Source: Camelus dromedarius
Taxonomy: Eukaryota
Reading direction: 5' to 3'
DNA length: 64,000 nucleotides
Assembly: GCF_036321535.1 (NCBI RefSeq)
Contig: NC_087472.1
Coordinates: 97,528,001 to 97,592,000, forward strand
The notes under the pieces were generated by a model. The model worked only from the letters and a program-made list of their open reading frames with translations, did no database searches and was not told the origin of the DNA. Numbering within the stretch: the stretch's first letter is position 1; each line of letters opens with the position of its first letter. Below, one piece after another: positions 38,632-52,102 of this stretch. The position numbers were made by a program, and so were the translations under genes.

Positions 38632-38831
38632 ATATCAGTTAGTTAACTATTGCCACAATGATGTTGGATAACAACCCATCAAGAAACTTAGTGGCTTAAA
38701 ACAGCATGTATTCTCATGGATCTGCTCTGCTGACTCCTGCACCAGCCAGGGAGGAACTGCAAAGTCACATGGCAAAGGGCTTGGATACCAGGAAGAGTCA
38801 AGTGTTGGAAGCAATGATGCACTCTACTACA
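38632..38831 (-). mobile_element. MLT1H/I-like MaLR LTR, internally deleted
   Basis: CTTAGTGGCTTAAAACAGCA...GGAACTGCAAAGTCACATGGCAAAGGGC...TCTACTACA. Confidence 0.75.
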
Positions 38832-39136
38832 TGGGGATCTTGAGTTTTTTATAAATATTCTAGCAAGCCTATTGGTAAAATGAATGTAAGGGCATACTGC
38901 CCTACTGAATCACCTTAATGATATATACCAAAGTAAACCAAGAGCTTTGGAATACTATTGCCTGGAATGTAAAGTCTTGCCTAGAGAATAAATTCTTCTG
39001 CCTGCTTCAATATTTTTTCTATAGATAAATTTGAGGATAATTTGAGGATAATCTAAGCAATATTGAATCTTTCTACCCATGAATACAGTGTTATTGCTCA
39101 ATATATAGTGAAGTTCCTAATGTCTTTTGTTTTTAG

Positions 39137-39358
39137 GATGATCTTTTTTTTTATTGAAGTATAGTCAGTTTACAATGTTGTGTCAATTTCTAGTGCACAG
39201 CAAAATAGTTCAGTCATACATATACATACATATATTCGTTTTCATTTTCTTTTTCATTATAGGTTACTACAAGGTATTGAATATAGTTCCCTGTGCTATA
39301 CAGTAGAAATTTGTTTGTCTATTTTATATATAATAGTTACTATCTGCAAATCTTCAAC
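39137..39358 (-). mobile_element. Artiodactyl/camelid-type L1 3' UTR fragment with 22-bp TSD
   Basis: TTATTGAAGTATAGTCAGTTTACAATGTTGTGTCAATTTC...CCCTGTGCTATACAGTAG. TSD TCCTAATG(T/C)CTTTTGTTTTTAG at 39115-39136 and 39359-39380. Confidence 0.93.
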
Positions 39359-39710
39359 TCCTAATGCCTTTTGTTTTTAGTTTTAGAGTTTATTTGAAAC
39401 TCAGCTATATAGAGCCATCTCTCTATCTCTCTCCTTAAAGGAAGGAGCATTTTGATCCTTTAGAGATGTATATAATTCCATTCCTCAGTTTATTCCCAAG
39501 GTGGGACATAGGGTCCCTTGGGTCATAAGCTGTCTAAACTCAGTTGCTTTGCTTTGGAATGTGCTGTAAAATATGGAAACTTCATATCACAGATCCTGAC
39601 AACTATGTCTAAACTTCAATCTCATTGCTAACACATACCTCACCTCAAATAATAATTGACAGCATTCATGGTGATAGGTAAATGCAGAAAAGGGCAGAGT
39701 GATACGGCAA

Positions 39711-40676
39711 CTGAAGACCTAAATATAAGCTATGACACCATAAAACCCCCAGAGGTGAACATAGGCAAAACATTCTCTGACATAAATCATAGCAATATTT
39801 CCTTAGATCAGTCTCCCAAGGCAAAAGAAATAAAAGCAAAAATAAATAAATGGGACCTAATCAAGCTTAAAAGAACAGCAAAGGAGACCATCAACAGAAC
39901 AAAAAGACATCGTAGGGAATGGGAGAAAATATTTGCAAACAATGTGACCAACAAGGGGTTAATATTCAAAATATACAAACAGCTCATATAGTTCAATATC
40001 AAAAAACCAAACAACCCAATCAAAAAATGTGCAGAAGACCTAAATAGACATTTTTCCAAAGAAGACATACAGATGGCCAACAGACACATGAAAAGTTGCT
40101 CAACATTGCTAATTATTAGAAAAATGCAAATCTAAACTAAATGAGGTATCACCTCACACCCATCAGAATGGCTATCATCAAAAAGTCTGGGGGGGGAGGT
40201 GTATAGCTCAAGTGGTAGAGTGTATTCTTAGCATGCACAAGGTCCTAGGTTCAATCCCCAGCACTTCCATTAAAAAACAATTAAATTGATAAACCTAATT
40301 ACCTCCCCCCTCCAAAAAATAAAATAGAGCAGGGCTCAGCAAATGTTAAAAAGTAATAAATTTTTTTTAAGTCTACAAATAATAAATTCTGGAGAAGGTG
40401 TGGAGAAAAGGGGACCCTCTGCACTGTTGGTGGGAATGTAAATTGGTCCACCCACTATGAAGAACAGTATGGAGGTTCCTTAAAATACTAAAAATAGAGC
40501 TACCATATGATCCAGCAATCCCACTCCTGGACATTTTCTGGAAAGGACAAAAACTCTAAGAAAAGATACATGCACCCCAATGTTCACAGCAGCACTGTTT
40601 ACTGTAGCTAAGACATGGAAACAATCCAAGTGCCCATCAACTGACAATTGGCTTAAGAAGATGTGGTGTGTATGTG

Positions 40677-40713
<37 letters not shown>

Positions 40714-41175
40714 CCATAAAAATAACGAAATACTGCCATTTGCAACAACATGGATGGACCTAGAGAATATCATACGAAGGGAAATAAGTCAGACAGATAA
40801 AAACAAATATTATATGATATCACTTTATATGGGGAATCTAAAAAAAAATAGTACAAATAAATCTATATACCAAACAGAAACAGACTCACAGACATAGAAA
40901 ACAAATTTATGGTTACCAAAGGGGAAAGGGGAATAGGGATAAATTAGGAGTATGGGATTAACAGATACAAGCTACTATACATAAAATAGGTAAGCAACAA
41001 AGGTTTCCTGTATAACACAGGAAACTATATTTAATATTCTATAATAAGCTATAATGAAAAATAATCTGAAAAAATATATAACTAAATCACTTTGCTTTAT
41101 CCCTGAAACTAACACAATATTGTAAATCAACTATACTTCACTTTAAAAAATTCATACAAAGGAAAAAAAAAAAAA
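39711..41175 (+). mobile_element. 5'-truncated artiodactyl-type L1 (ORF2 3' part, 3' UTR, A-tail) containing a SINE and a (CA)n tract
   Basis: ORF2p peptides [18 protein letters not shown]...[23 protein letters not shown] and MFTAALFTVAKTWKQSKCPSTDNWLKKMW. A-tail at 41163-41175. Confidence 0.96.
40189..40368 (+). mobile_element. tRNA-derived SINE (vic-1-like, camelid) inserted in L1
   Basis: A-box TAGCTCAAGTGG, B-box GGTTCAATCCC, body AAACCTAATTACCTCCCCCC. Short TSD AAGTCT at 40183-40188 and 40369-40374. Confidence 0.92.
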
Positions 41176-42173
41176 GAATGGCATATGGGGATTCCCTATG
41201 CTAGGAGTTTCCTTTATCTGAAAGGTCTTCAAAACTGACTCACCAGAAATTCTGATGATAAAAGCCACTCCACGATAAATGAAGCTGCTAAAAATCACAG
41301 ATACTTAAACAAACTACTGCTTTGGGAAACAGTTCACTGACAGGAACTATCACCAGAATTTCTTGTTGGCAAGAATCATCCCTGGGAGTGTAAAATGGCT
41401 TTGAACTCAGGAGACTCAAGGTCTGTGGTCTTCTCTGGCATGGTAACATGGGTTAGTATCTTCCATCATGCATAAGGAGATTTAATTTTATATTGGCATG
41501 TCAATAGAGTTCACTCTAAGAAAGAATAATAATTTTTCACTAAAATAAAAAAAAACACTTAGAAGTCCCTAAACCTTCCACTGTGGACTAAATCAGTTAA
41601 GGTAACCTTGAATTCTAATCCATATTTTAGATCCTAGTTGAGTCTGAAAACAGAGGGTTATAAAAAGGTGGGCATGTCATGGCCTTACAAGCTGGGCTCA
41701 TCTTTGTTTATCTTAGTTTTAAAAGCTTTCATTGAAATGCAGTAGACAGAGTGTATAGGCTGCATACTGATACTCAGCTTAATTTAAGGAGAGGCAGTAG
41801 AGTAGAAGATGAGAGCCCGAGTAAGAGGAATTCACTTTGATAAATGTGAGTGTCACTAATGCATATTTTATTGAAATAGATGACTTTTTTGAACTTGATG
41901 TGTTGTCTAGTGTCTAATAGAATATGTAGGGAAATAAGAACTTCGAAAACAAGAGTATTTTGTCCCTTTTTAGGTTTCAGTTAACATTCTCATATAACAC
42001 GTATTTAAATAGATACCAGCGTGTGTTTTGGACCTGTAACATAAGGCATTTCATGTTGCTCATGTTATATAGCTTGCAACCATAACCAATTTAGTAACTG
42101 TAATATTGTATCTGCTAAGATTTTGGGTAAAGTTTAAAAACCATCCTCACAAAAGTAAAATCTCAACATTCAG

Positions 42174-42817
42174 GTTTTTTTTAAAATTTTATTTCATTGA
42201 GTTACAGTTAGTTTACAATGTTGTGTCAAATTCCAGTGTACAGCACAATTTTTCAGTTATACATGAACATACCTATATTTATTGTCACATTTTTTTTCAC
42301 TGTGAGCTACCACAAGATCTTGTATACATTTCCCTGTGCTATACAGTATAATCTTGTTTATCTATTCTATATATACCTGTCAGTATCTACAAATTTCAAA
42401 CCCCCAGTCTGTCCCTTCCCACCCCTCTCCCCCCGGCAACCACAAGTTTGTATTCTACGTCTATGAGTCTGTTTCTGTTTTATGTTTAAGTTCATTTGTC
42501 TTCTTCTTCTTCTTCTTCTTTTTTTTACATTCCACATATGAGCAATATCATATGGTGGTTTTCTTTCTCTTTCTGGCTTACTTCACTTAGAATGAAATTC
42601 TCCAGGGGCATCCATGTTGCTGCAAATGGCATTATGTTGTTGTTTTTATGGCTGAGTAGTATTCCATTGTATAAATATACCACATCTTCTTTATCCAGTC
42701 ACCTGTTGATGTTTTGGCTATTGTAAATAGTGCTGCTATGAACATTGGGGTGCAGGTGTCTTTTTGAAGTAGGGTTCCTTCTGGATATATGCTCAGGAGT
42801 GGGATTACTGGGTCATA
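42174..42817 (-). mobile_element. Young camelid-type L1, 5'-truncated, with TSD
   Basis: Reverse complement of about 26390-27030, with its internal A-rich tract expanded as (CTT)n. TSD TCAACATTCAG at 42163-42173 and 42818-42828. Confidence 0.96.
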
Positions 42818-43949
42818 TCAACATTCAGTTTTGTTCAACATTCAAGTAATTGTGATAGAGAAATCCCATGGGACTGAGGTACATGTTGGATCTCTGGGCA
42901 CCTCTCAGTTTGTTTGGGAAGGTAACCTGGATCTTTACAGAAAGCTGTTATTTTTCTCGTTTTGCAACCTTTGTTTTTGCGGTATTCTGGGTACTATTTT
43001 CATAGCATACCAGAAACAAAATATCTCAGTGTCAATGTGTTATTTTTATACCTTCTGGATTTCTGACTTAAGGCACAAATAGCCAAAGAGTATATGGATA
43101 ATAGTTTTAACCTATCTGTAGGAAAGTAAATTTGAGTTCCATTCTAAAAATGCATCAATATCAGCTACAAGGGATGGGTGCACTCATCTTCTCCCTGTTT
43201 CTAAGCCTCATAGGATGGTTTCTATGTCTCAGATATGGACTAAAGAAGAGTAAGGTACAGAAAAACAAGGGGCCAAACTAGGAGCAAAAAGGGTTGGTTA
43301 GGAAGACTTATAGGAATTATAAAGCTGAAATTAGCAGGGGGACTTATAAGCACTGATGAAAAGAAATGAGGATTGGTCAATAAGTGGCGCTTTGTCTTTA
43401 TTTTTACCACCTGATCTTTTCTTTCAGTCATCACTGCTTTTATTTTTGTCACTTTAGGGTCTTATTGACACATACCAGACTTACTTACATGATTTACTTG
43501 GAAATTCACGACTCTGGGGGTACCCACACTCTAGAGAGGATCAACTGAGAAAGGAGGGAAATGGAAGGGAGAAAAGGAGATTCCTAGCTGACATACAATA
43601 GAGGTTTTGTTGACACATACCTGGTAAGCAAATTAATTATGTATGGGGAACTGGCTCTTGGGCATTTTGCTGTCAAACATCCTATTTTCTTTTTAAAATT
43701 AAAATCCTTCACAAAAACCTTTTCTATAACTTTTTCCTCCAGATAAATAAATTGAACTTGTAATGCTCTAAGCTGTCAAGAAGTACATTTTGGAAGTTAC
43801 CTGCATTTGTATAAAATGCAATTAATACATAAAAATAAAGCTAGAGTACTGCTTCTTACTCTGTTCTTTTCTATGAACTCTGAACATCTAGAGTTAATCA
43901 TTTTTATTTGTTTGATGTAAATTATTAACTCTTCAGACCACTCTAGTTT

Positions 43950-44404
43950 TCTTGAGTGGTCAGCTGTTACAGCAGTATGCAGCATGACAGCCACCCGCAA
44001 ATACCCGGGTGGCATATGCTAACATGCAGTTTTTTCTCACATGTCTGAGGGTTGCCTGTTAGGTTGGCTGATCTAGACTGAGCCTGACTGTTGCGGTTTT
44101 GCTGGGGCAGCTCTGCTCTGTGTATCTTCAGTCCCCCTCCTGAGGTCAACAGGCTAACCTCCACGTGTTTTTTTCACAGTAGCAGAAGTACAAGAGAGTA
44201 AGCCCGATCATAAAAGAGTCTGTCTAGCCTTTGCACACATAAATTCTACTATTATTCCATTAACCAAAACAAGTCATATAATCTAATGTAAAATAAAGGA
44301 GTGAGGGAAAAAGACTTTAATAGGTGGGACTACAAAGTCCCATAGAAAATGGCCTGGAATCAAAGAGGGAAGAAGAATTGGAGCCATTAATGTAATCTTC
44401 CATA
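43950..44404 (-). mobile_element. MLT1H-like MaLR solo LTR
   Basis: TTGGCTGATCTAGACTGAGC...GCAGAAGTACAAGAGAGTAAGCCC...ATTCCATTAACCAAAACAAGTCA...GAAGAATTGGAGCCATTAATGTAATCT. Confidence 0.78.
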
Positions 44405-44700
44405 TCTGGAAAAGTCAAATGTGACACGTCTTCTCCATTTCTCTTTTCAGATGTACATGCATATATATGTATACATAAATATATGTACACATGTACAGAA
44501 TATCTTTTATTTAAACAATAGTGTTTTCTTATGTAGAAATGTCGTTTTTCTCAACTAAACATACAACTTTGAGAGGAAACCAATTGGTAAGGGAGGAAGG
44601 CAACAACAGACAAACTAGCCAGACAACCTGAATCCATTTTTGTTAAGAGAGGATTCTCTTCCCTTCCTTTCCCTTATCTCTCTCTCTCCCTCCCTCTCTG

Positions 44701-44731
<31 letters not shown>

Positions 44732-45538
44732 GATTTATTTGAATTTTTGTGCATAAGAATAGGACATTAAAAGTATTCAGGTAACCAAATAACCTTCTTG
44801 GATAAGACATTTTTCAGTAGTTTCTTTGAATATATCTGTCATATAAATAATCCTCCTTTCTTTTTGCCAAAAAAAAAAAAATCACAAAATGAATTTCAGT
44901 TGTTTTAAAAATGGCACTGGGAAATTGCTTTGAATAAATCAGCCACATAGAGGGAAGAAAAGCCCACACACTCAGTAGGCATATCTTTCTCAGAATCCGA
45001 TGTATTGCAAAGAGATAGATAAGTAAATGCCTCTAAGGAAATCTCTACCCAGCCTTGCTCAGTTACCTGAGTCACTCTTTAACATTGCCAGTGTGACACT
45101 TCCAATTTTTCAGAGCTCAGATAAATCACCAAGCCTCACAGAACTATGAATATCATACCGTTTTCTGCAGTGCTGCCAAATCTCACTGCCCTTCCCAGCC
45201 CAATCACAGAAGGCAGAAGTTACTCATCAAGTAATCTTCTCTCCTTCAGCCTTGACCTTCAGTCATTGCTTATCTAGTCTCTCAGTGAATCCCCTCTGCA
45301 TTCTAGCCCCTTTTACTTGCTTGGGTCCTCATCACCATTTCTTGGGCTATTAAAGAAATAGATTCAAGAGAACCTCTCCCCTCACCCCACTCTTCTCATC
45401 TAATCCATCCTGTATGCTATTCCCATAGTCTAATCAGCATCCTTCCCCAGAATACATCTACACATGTAAGTCCAAGATTTTCTGTGATTCCTTTTTTCCC
45501 AGTTGAATTTCCCAACCCCTAATAACATATTCGCAGTC

Positions 45539-45637
45539 TAAACTGACCAGCTACTACCAGTTTGCCTGGATTTTCCAGGTTTTAGTAATGAAAGTCCCAT
45601 ATCAGTTCTAGGCAAACCTGGATGACTGGCCACTCTG
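45539..45637 (+). mobile_element. MER81-like hAT-Blackjack MITE
   Basis: TGACCAGCT...CCAGTTTGCCTGGATTTTCCAGGTTTTAGTAATGAAAGTCCC...GGCAAACCTGGATGACTGGCCACTCT, with inverted termini. Confidence 0.75.
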
Positions 45638-45900
45638 ACTCACAAGTACACCACACACACACAGCACATAATTTATTTAATGAATACCTACTGAGCACCT
45701 AATATGTGCCAAGCACAGTTCTGAATAGTGGAGATTCAGCAGTAAACCAAAAGACAGGGTCTTTTTTTGTAGGCCTCACAATTTTAATAGGAAGAGACAG
45801 ATGTTACACAAATAAAAGATAGATAGATGTGTTGTGCATTAGTCTCCTCTTAAGGTGGTAGTCGTCTCTTCCACCTGGAATAGTCTCTCCTTCTCTCTTG

Positions 45901-45903
<3 letters not shown>

Positions 45904-45957
<54 letters not shown>

Positions 45958-45962
45958 TGTGT
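45904..45962. repeat. (TG)n microsatellite
   Basis: About 24 uninterrupted TG units read directly. Confidence 0.97.
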
Positions 45963-46439
45963 ATAAGTATCAAATGTCAGTGATGCTATATGCTCTGAAG
46001 AAAAATAAAGGAGAGAGTGAAGAAGTAGGGGGTGGGGGTGGGGGTGGGTAATATTTTTACACAGGAAGAGGGAAGTTCTCTCCAATAAAACTTCTATATA
46101 TATTCGACAATTAATAGCTTGCATATGTCATCAAGTGCCCTAAAATATCCAGTTCATTCTTTCAGGCATTCATTAGTGTATTAATTCATACCAGAAGTTT
46201 TACTGCAACACCCACTATCCACTAAACATGGTTTTAGAAATTGCAGCTGAAAGAGTGAATGAAAGTCACGTACTCCCCACCGTCACGGTTCTTATAGTTG
46301 GGTGCAAAAAAGAAACTTGAACAATCACAGAAATACATTTATAATGGTAAATTGTGCTAAGTACTAAGAAAGAACTAGTGGAAACTATGGGTATTTAACA
46401 GCAGGATCTAATTTTGATTCAAGAGTTAAGCATGCTTTT

Positions 46440-46583
46440 GGGGGAGGGTGTAGCTCAAGTGGTAGGGAGCATGTTTAGCATGCTTAGCATGTATGAGGTC
46501 CTGGGTTCAATTCCCAGTACCACCTCTAAGAATAAATAAACCTAATTATCCCCCCAGTGAAATAATAAATTAAAAAAATTTAG
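46440..46583 (+). mobile_element. tRNA-derived SINE (vic-1-like, camelid)
   Basis: GGGGGAGGGTGTAGCTCAAGTGGTAG...GGTTCAATTCCCAGTACC...AATAAATAAACCTAATTATCCCCCC. TSD AAG(C/A)ATGCTTT at 46428-46438 and 46584-46594. Internal TTAGCATG duplication. Confidence 0.93.
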
Positions 46584-46854
46584 AAGAATGCTTTCAGAAG
46601 AATTGATAGAATTAATATTTGAGTCCTAGAAGAGTAGTAGAATTAGGCAGTGCAGGAGTGTTGGGGAGGAAAAACATTATAAGCAGAGAGAGGAGCATAT
46701 GTGAAACTCTGAAGAAAGAAAATAAAGGCTGATTCTGGAGCAGAAAGAAAGCCCATATGTTGTGGAACACACTGAGTGATAGGAGTGGTGGGTACTAAGT
46801 GTCGAGGAGAGAGTAGCGCTAGATCAGGGAGGTCCTTAGAAGAATTTTGGTCTT

Positions 46855-46972
46855 GGCTGCACATTGAAATCACGTGGGATTTTATAAAATCCTGCTGTGT
46901 GGTTACCTCCTTAGAGATTTTGGTTTGTGGTACAGACTAGACATTAGGTTTTTAAAATTTTCCCACTGGTGA
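46855..46972. mobile_element. MER5-like hAT-Charlie fragment
   Basis: GGCTGCACATTGAAATCACGTGGGA...TTTTTAAAATTTTCCCACTGGTGA. Confidence 0.6.
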
Positions 46973-48064
46973 ATATTTTTCCCAAGTATAATGTTTCACC
47001 TGTTTCCTCAGACGGGAAAAGAACTCACTCCAGTTTTACTTACTGGAACCCTAAATATTTTTCCCAGGTTCAAGTGCAATCTTTATTTGGAGTATTTTCC
47101 TCCTTCTGAGGCTGAAGATACCCTCTTACTTCTCTTTGCCCTTTCATGTCTTGTTTAGATAAGCATTAAAGAGCATCAGAAACTAACATTCTAATTAACT
47201 TTGCAGACAACTTTGAACAGGCTTTCTCACACATCAATTGCTTTGTTTGTCATTGCATCCTTTCCATCCTCCTCCCTGCCCCTCAGAAACTTAGTACAGA
47301 GACTTGAATGCAGTAGATATTACATATGAATTTGTTAAATTCAATAGACTACCACCTAAAGAGATGACAAATGCATAAGACAGTACAATATCTCTAAATC
47401 TTGGATTTACATTCATGAGGGTGAATAAGCTTACATCCAGTCACGTTACTTGGCTGTCTTTGAGATAAGCACAGGCAAAAGTAATTGTCATTTTTGATTT
47501 AGTGTTCTAAGCCAAGGTGAAAAAAAGATGGTGTTCTGCAGGCTCTAAATTTGATCTTACTTTAATGGTTTTATTTTCCATTATAACTTTTTAAAAGTTG
47601 GGAATAAACATGCTGAACTCTTCTTTATTCATATTTTTCTGGTGAACCTGCGTCTAAATAGTGTTCATTTGTTTTGAATGTTCCTGGCATCATTTTCAGC
47701 TAGTGCCTCTGATCTTTTTAACAACAGAATCCATTTTTATTTTTTAATCAAGAATTCTGTCTTTGATAGTGAGTTACTAAGAAAGAAATAGATAAAACCT
47801 GAACTATCCAGGGGGAATTTCCCTGGCCTGCTTTGTGGAGATAGCCCAACATCAGGCCAGGTTATTAATCATGCCTTTCTGTATGGACCTCAATTTCTTA
47901 TTCTTGATCCTATTGTTGAAGAAAAACAAAATCACTTAAATGAAAACTCAAATATTTTATATCAAACATTCTTGCCTGAAAACTAAACATGTATCATTAA
48001 CTCAATAATCTGTAAGCACAAAGGAAGCGAGGAAGGCAGAATAATATTTCCATTCTAAAACTGC

Positions 48065-48634
48065 TGTATCAATTTGACTATCTTTGACTGCAAGTAGAAC
48101 AGAAATAAACTCAAATTTTGAAAGTAAGGAAATGTTTTATTTCATTCATCAAAAAGACAGCTCCAGGGTTGGTTAATTCAGAGGCTCAATGACACCTTTA
48201 AGAATCACGTTTTTCCAGTATCTGTTTTGCCATCTTTCCTGTTTCAAGGAGGTCCTCAGGCTAATTTCCCTCATAATAGTAAGATGACTGCCACAGTTTC
48301 CAGAATCACATCCCAACAATGTCCAGAGAAACATCTTTTGGCCTTCTTGGGTCTTCTTAAGAAAAGCAAGTATCACTTCCCCCGAAGTTACATTCCCTTT
48401 GCCACTTGGAAGACTTCCTCTCACCTTTAATTGACCAGAATTATGCAACAAGTTCAAGTCCAAGGCAGAGGAAAGGATGCTACCACTATGGGGTCATTCC
48501 AATCAAGAACCATCTTTAGGGGCTGGTTCCTAAAACACATGGCCCTGTGGAGGAGAGTAGATACTTGAACAAAACTGAGAAAAAATAAAAGAATGAGATC
48601 AGATGGAGGAGACCAACTAACAGTGTCTGCTGTA
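48065..48634 (-). mobile_element. MLT1K-like MaLR solo LTR
   Basis: GACTGCAAGTAGAACAGAAA...CTCCAGGGTTGGTTAATTCAGAGGCTCAATGAC...AAGATGACTGCCACAGTTTCCAG...AACAGTGTCTGC. Confidence 0.8.
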
Positions 48635-51606
48635 ACTGGCATGAGGTTCAAGAAATAAAGAACTGTAGACCATTATATTTCTTCTTTAAACCAAGGTTTT
48701 AGCATTCAAATCAAAGTCTTTTGAAAGGCTACTTTAAAATTGTGTTGATGTCAAAAATGTGAGGAAAAACCTCTTTCAAGAAAAAGCAGCTTTGAGATTA
48801 GTTTGTTTATTTGTTGTATTAAAAAATTAGAAACTGAGTCAGCCTAGAGGATTTTGAATAACTAAGCCTTACAAAAAACTTTAACAGTGGCCTCTGGGTT
48901 CCTTTCTCTCGTTGTTTTTGGTTTTGGTTTTGGTTTTCATAAAAAGAAACCTTAGCACTGTGGCCATTTTTACACCATGGATGTCTAGTGTGAAAATGTG
49001 ATATTGATGATAGGTTAGAAGACTGGGGACATGGTGTGGGTCAGGAGCTGGGGTCAGGGTTTGAAGTTGGCGTTCAGGTTAAGGACAATAAGCTGTTAGA
49101 GTTCCAGGAATTGACTCAGGCTGGGAAAATTAGTGAGTCTAAAATTGGGGGAGATCAGGGGAGGGGTTAATTGAATTGTGGAGCTGCAGGAGGGTAGCAG
49201 TTCCCACATTTGACAGTTTACTTCTAAGGGGTTATTGTCAAATAGGCTGATCACTCCGTAAAACACCAGGGTAGAAAAAGCCCTGTTTTCATGCCCAGAG
49301 GACAGTGTAGCACATAGTGAGGAGAGGCTCATCTATCTGTTTGCACAAGGAATACCAAATAACTGTGATGTTCTAGCACCTCAAGTAATTAAGCACACTA
49401 GCCCAAATTCCCTTTCCTAGAAATGTGTTTAGGATCTTTGTGCCGATGGTTTTTTTGTTTTTTTTGTTTGTTTGTTTTTTTGGTGTTTTCTTTTTTTACT
49501 GTCCTTGTTCAGTTTTGCTATTAAGGTTGTATTTTAACCACATCGAATGATATAATTAGCTTTCTCTTTTTTCACTCTTTGAAATATTTGTATAAGATAG
49601 GAGTTAAGTTTCCTGAATATTCAGTAAAGATTTGCCTGCAAATCATCTGGCTTTGTTACGTTTTATGAAATAGGAGTGGATATTTTTCTTTTTTCCCTAA
49701 AATTCACTTTCTTAACACATTACCGATATTTGGATATTTTCTATTTATTCTTGAGTTACTTTTGGCACTTGTAATTTCTAGATTGTTCATCTGTTTCACT
49801 TAATTTTTACAAAGTATTGGGAATATTCTTCATATCAATGTAAGTTTTCAAATGTTTCATTGTAGGTTTATATAAGCCTAATTATTTCTCCAAAGATAAG
49901 ATAATGAGCCCCAACATAATTGATGAGTAATATAAAACCATACAGTTAAGCTGGAAGTTGAATCAACATGGATATATTTTGAGAACCAGGGTTGGTATGG
50001 TAGATTTTTAGGGGAGGGAGTGTCAAGAACAATACTGAGCGAGATTGAAGCATGTCATTATTCAGAAAATGCTACAAATACTGTTTAACACGTGGCAGAA
50101 GTCCATGGATGGAATAGTAATTTGCACTGTCCACACTTAGCTTCATTTCTTGCAACCCAAAAGGTGAATTGCAATTTATATTCATTTGAGTAGGAATTTA
50201 CATGCATTGAAAGAGAGAAGCATTTAAATAGTAATTTGGTACAAAGAAAGTTCATGCTGAAAGTGAGTTGTGTGAGAGCAAGGGTTTTTGTCTTTTTTTA
50301 TTTCCTATTCTGTTCCCAGAGACTAAAACAGTGTCTGGTACATTGTAGGTGCTCAATGGCAAGTGTTTGAATGAAGGAAAAACTGAAAATCTGATTTAGT
50401 CCTCAAGACAACTCTGTGATTATAATAGCATACACTTGCTGTGTGCTTACCGTATATCTGAAATCATTCTAAGTCTTTACATGTGATAATTTATCTAAAT
50501 CCTTAGAAATAGGAAATTGTATATAATAACCACAATTGTGTCCATCTTTATGGCAGTTCCATTCTTTTTTGATTACTGTGACTTTGTTATATATTTTAAA
50601 ATCAGGAAGTTTGATGCTTCCAGCTTTGTCCTTCTTTCCTGAGATTGAATTGATTATAGTTCCACATGAATTTTAGAACTTTTTTCTATTTTTGCAAAAA
50701 ATGCCATTGGTTTTTTTATGGGGATTGCACTGAATATGTAGATCACTTTAGGTAGTATGGCCATTTTAACACTATAAGTCTTCCAATCCATGAACACGGG
50801 ATGCCATTTTGTATTTGTATCTTCTTTCATTTCTTTCATCAGTTTTTTGGTAATTTTCAATATACAAGTCTTTTAACTCCTTAATCAAATTTATTCCTAA
50901 GTATTTTATTCTTTTTGGTGCTATTGTAATTGGGATTATTTTCCTAATTTCCTTTCAGCTAGTTCATAGTTAGTGTAACTGATTTTTTCATGTTGATTTT
51001 GTACCCTGCAACTTTACTGTATTTGTTTATTAGTTCTAACAATTTTTATATGGTGCCTTTAGGATTTTCTATATATAAGATCACGTCATCTGAAAACAAG
51101 AATGATTTTACTACTTCCTTAACAATTTGGTTGCCTTTTATTTCTTTTTCTTGCTTGATCGTTCTGGGTAGGACTTTGTTGAATCAAAGTGGTGAAAGTA
51201 AGCATCATTGTCTTATTCCTGATCTTAGAGAAAAAGCTTTTACTTTTTCACCATTTGTGATGCTAGCTATGGGCTTTTCGTATATGACCTTATTATGTTG
51301 ATGTATTTTTCTTTTATTCCTAATTTTTTTTCGAGTTTTTATCATGAAAGGTGATGAATTTTGTCACACACTTTTTCTGCACCTACTGAGATAGTCATAT
51401 GATTTTCATCCTTTGTTCTGTTAATGTGATGTATCACATTAATTGATTTTTGTATTTTGAACCATCCTTGCATCCAAGGGCCAAATCCCACTTGGTCATG
51501 TTGTATGATCCTTTTAATGTGCTGTTGGATTCACTTTGCTAGTATTTTGTTAAAGATTTTTGCATCTGTATTCACCAGGGATATTTTCCTGTAGTTTTCT
51601 TTTCTT

Positions 51607-51718
51607 TTAATAACATTTTTTATTGATTTATAATCATTTTTCAATGTTGTGTCAAATTCCAGTGTTCAGCACAATTTTTCAGTCATACATGGACATATAC
51701 ACATTCATTGTCACATTT
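51607..51718 (-). mobile_element. Young camelid-type L1 3' tip (about 110 bp) with 17-bp TSD
   Basis: TTATTGATTTATAATCATTTTTCAATGTTGTGTCAAATTCCAGTG. TSD TGTAGTTTT(C/A)TTTTCTT at 51590-51606 and 51719-51735. Confidence 0.92.
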
Positions 51719-52102
51719 TGTAGTTTTATTTTCTTATGATGTCTTTATCTGGCTTTAGTTTCACAGTAATGCTGGATTCATAAAATGAGTTTGAAAGTAT
51801 GTTGTCCCCCCTCTTCAGTTTTTTTTTTTTTTTGAAAAGTTTGAAAAGGATTGGCATTAGTTCTTCTTTAAATGTTTAACTCACTAGTGAAGCTGTTTGG
51901 TTTGTGCCAGTCATAGAAAGATAAACACTGTATCATTCCACTTATATTAGGTACTTAGAGTAGTCAAACTCATAGAAATAGCAAGTAGAATGGTGGTTGC
52001 CAGGGGCTAGGGGGAAGGGAAAATGGAAAATTGTTGTTTAGTGAGTGTACTTTTAGTTCTGCAAGATGAAAAGATTGGTTGCACAACAATGTGAATGTTC
52101 TT

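Larger units (their letters stand above)
45670..46845 (-). mobile_element. Two L2 3'-end remnants (about 45670-46100 and 46165-46845)
   Basis: TACCTACTGAGCACCTAATATGTGCCAAGCACAGTTCTGAATAGTGGAGATTCAGCAGTAAAC. The second copy hosts a SINE. Confidence 0.7.
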
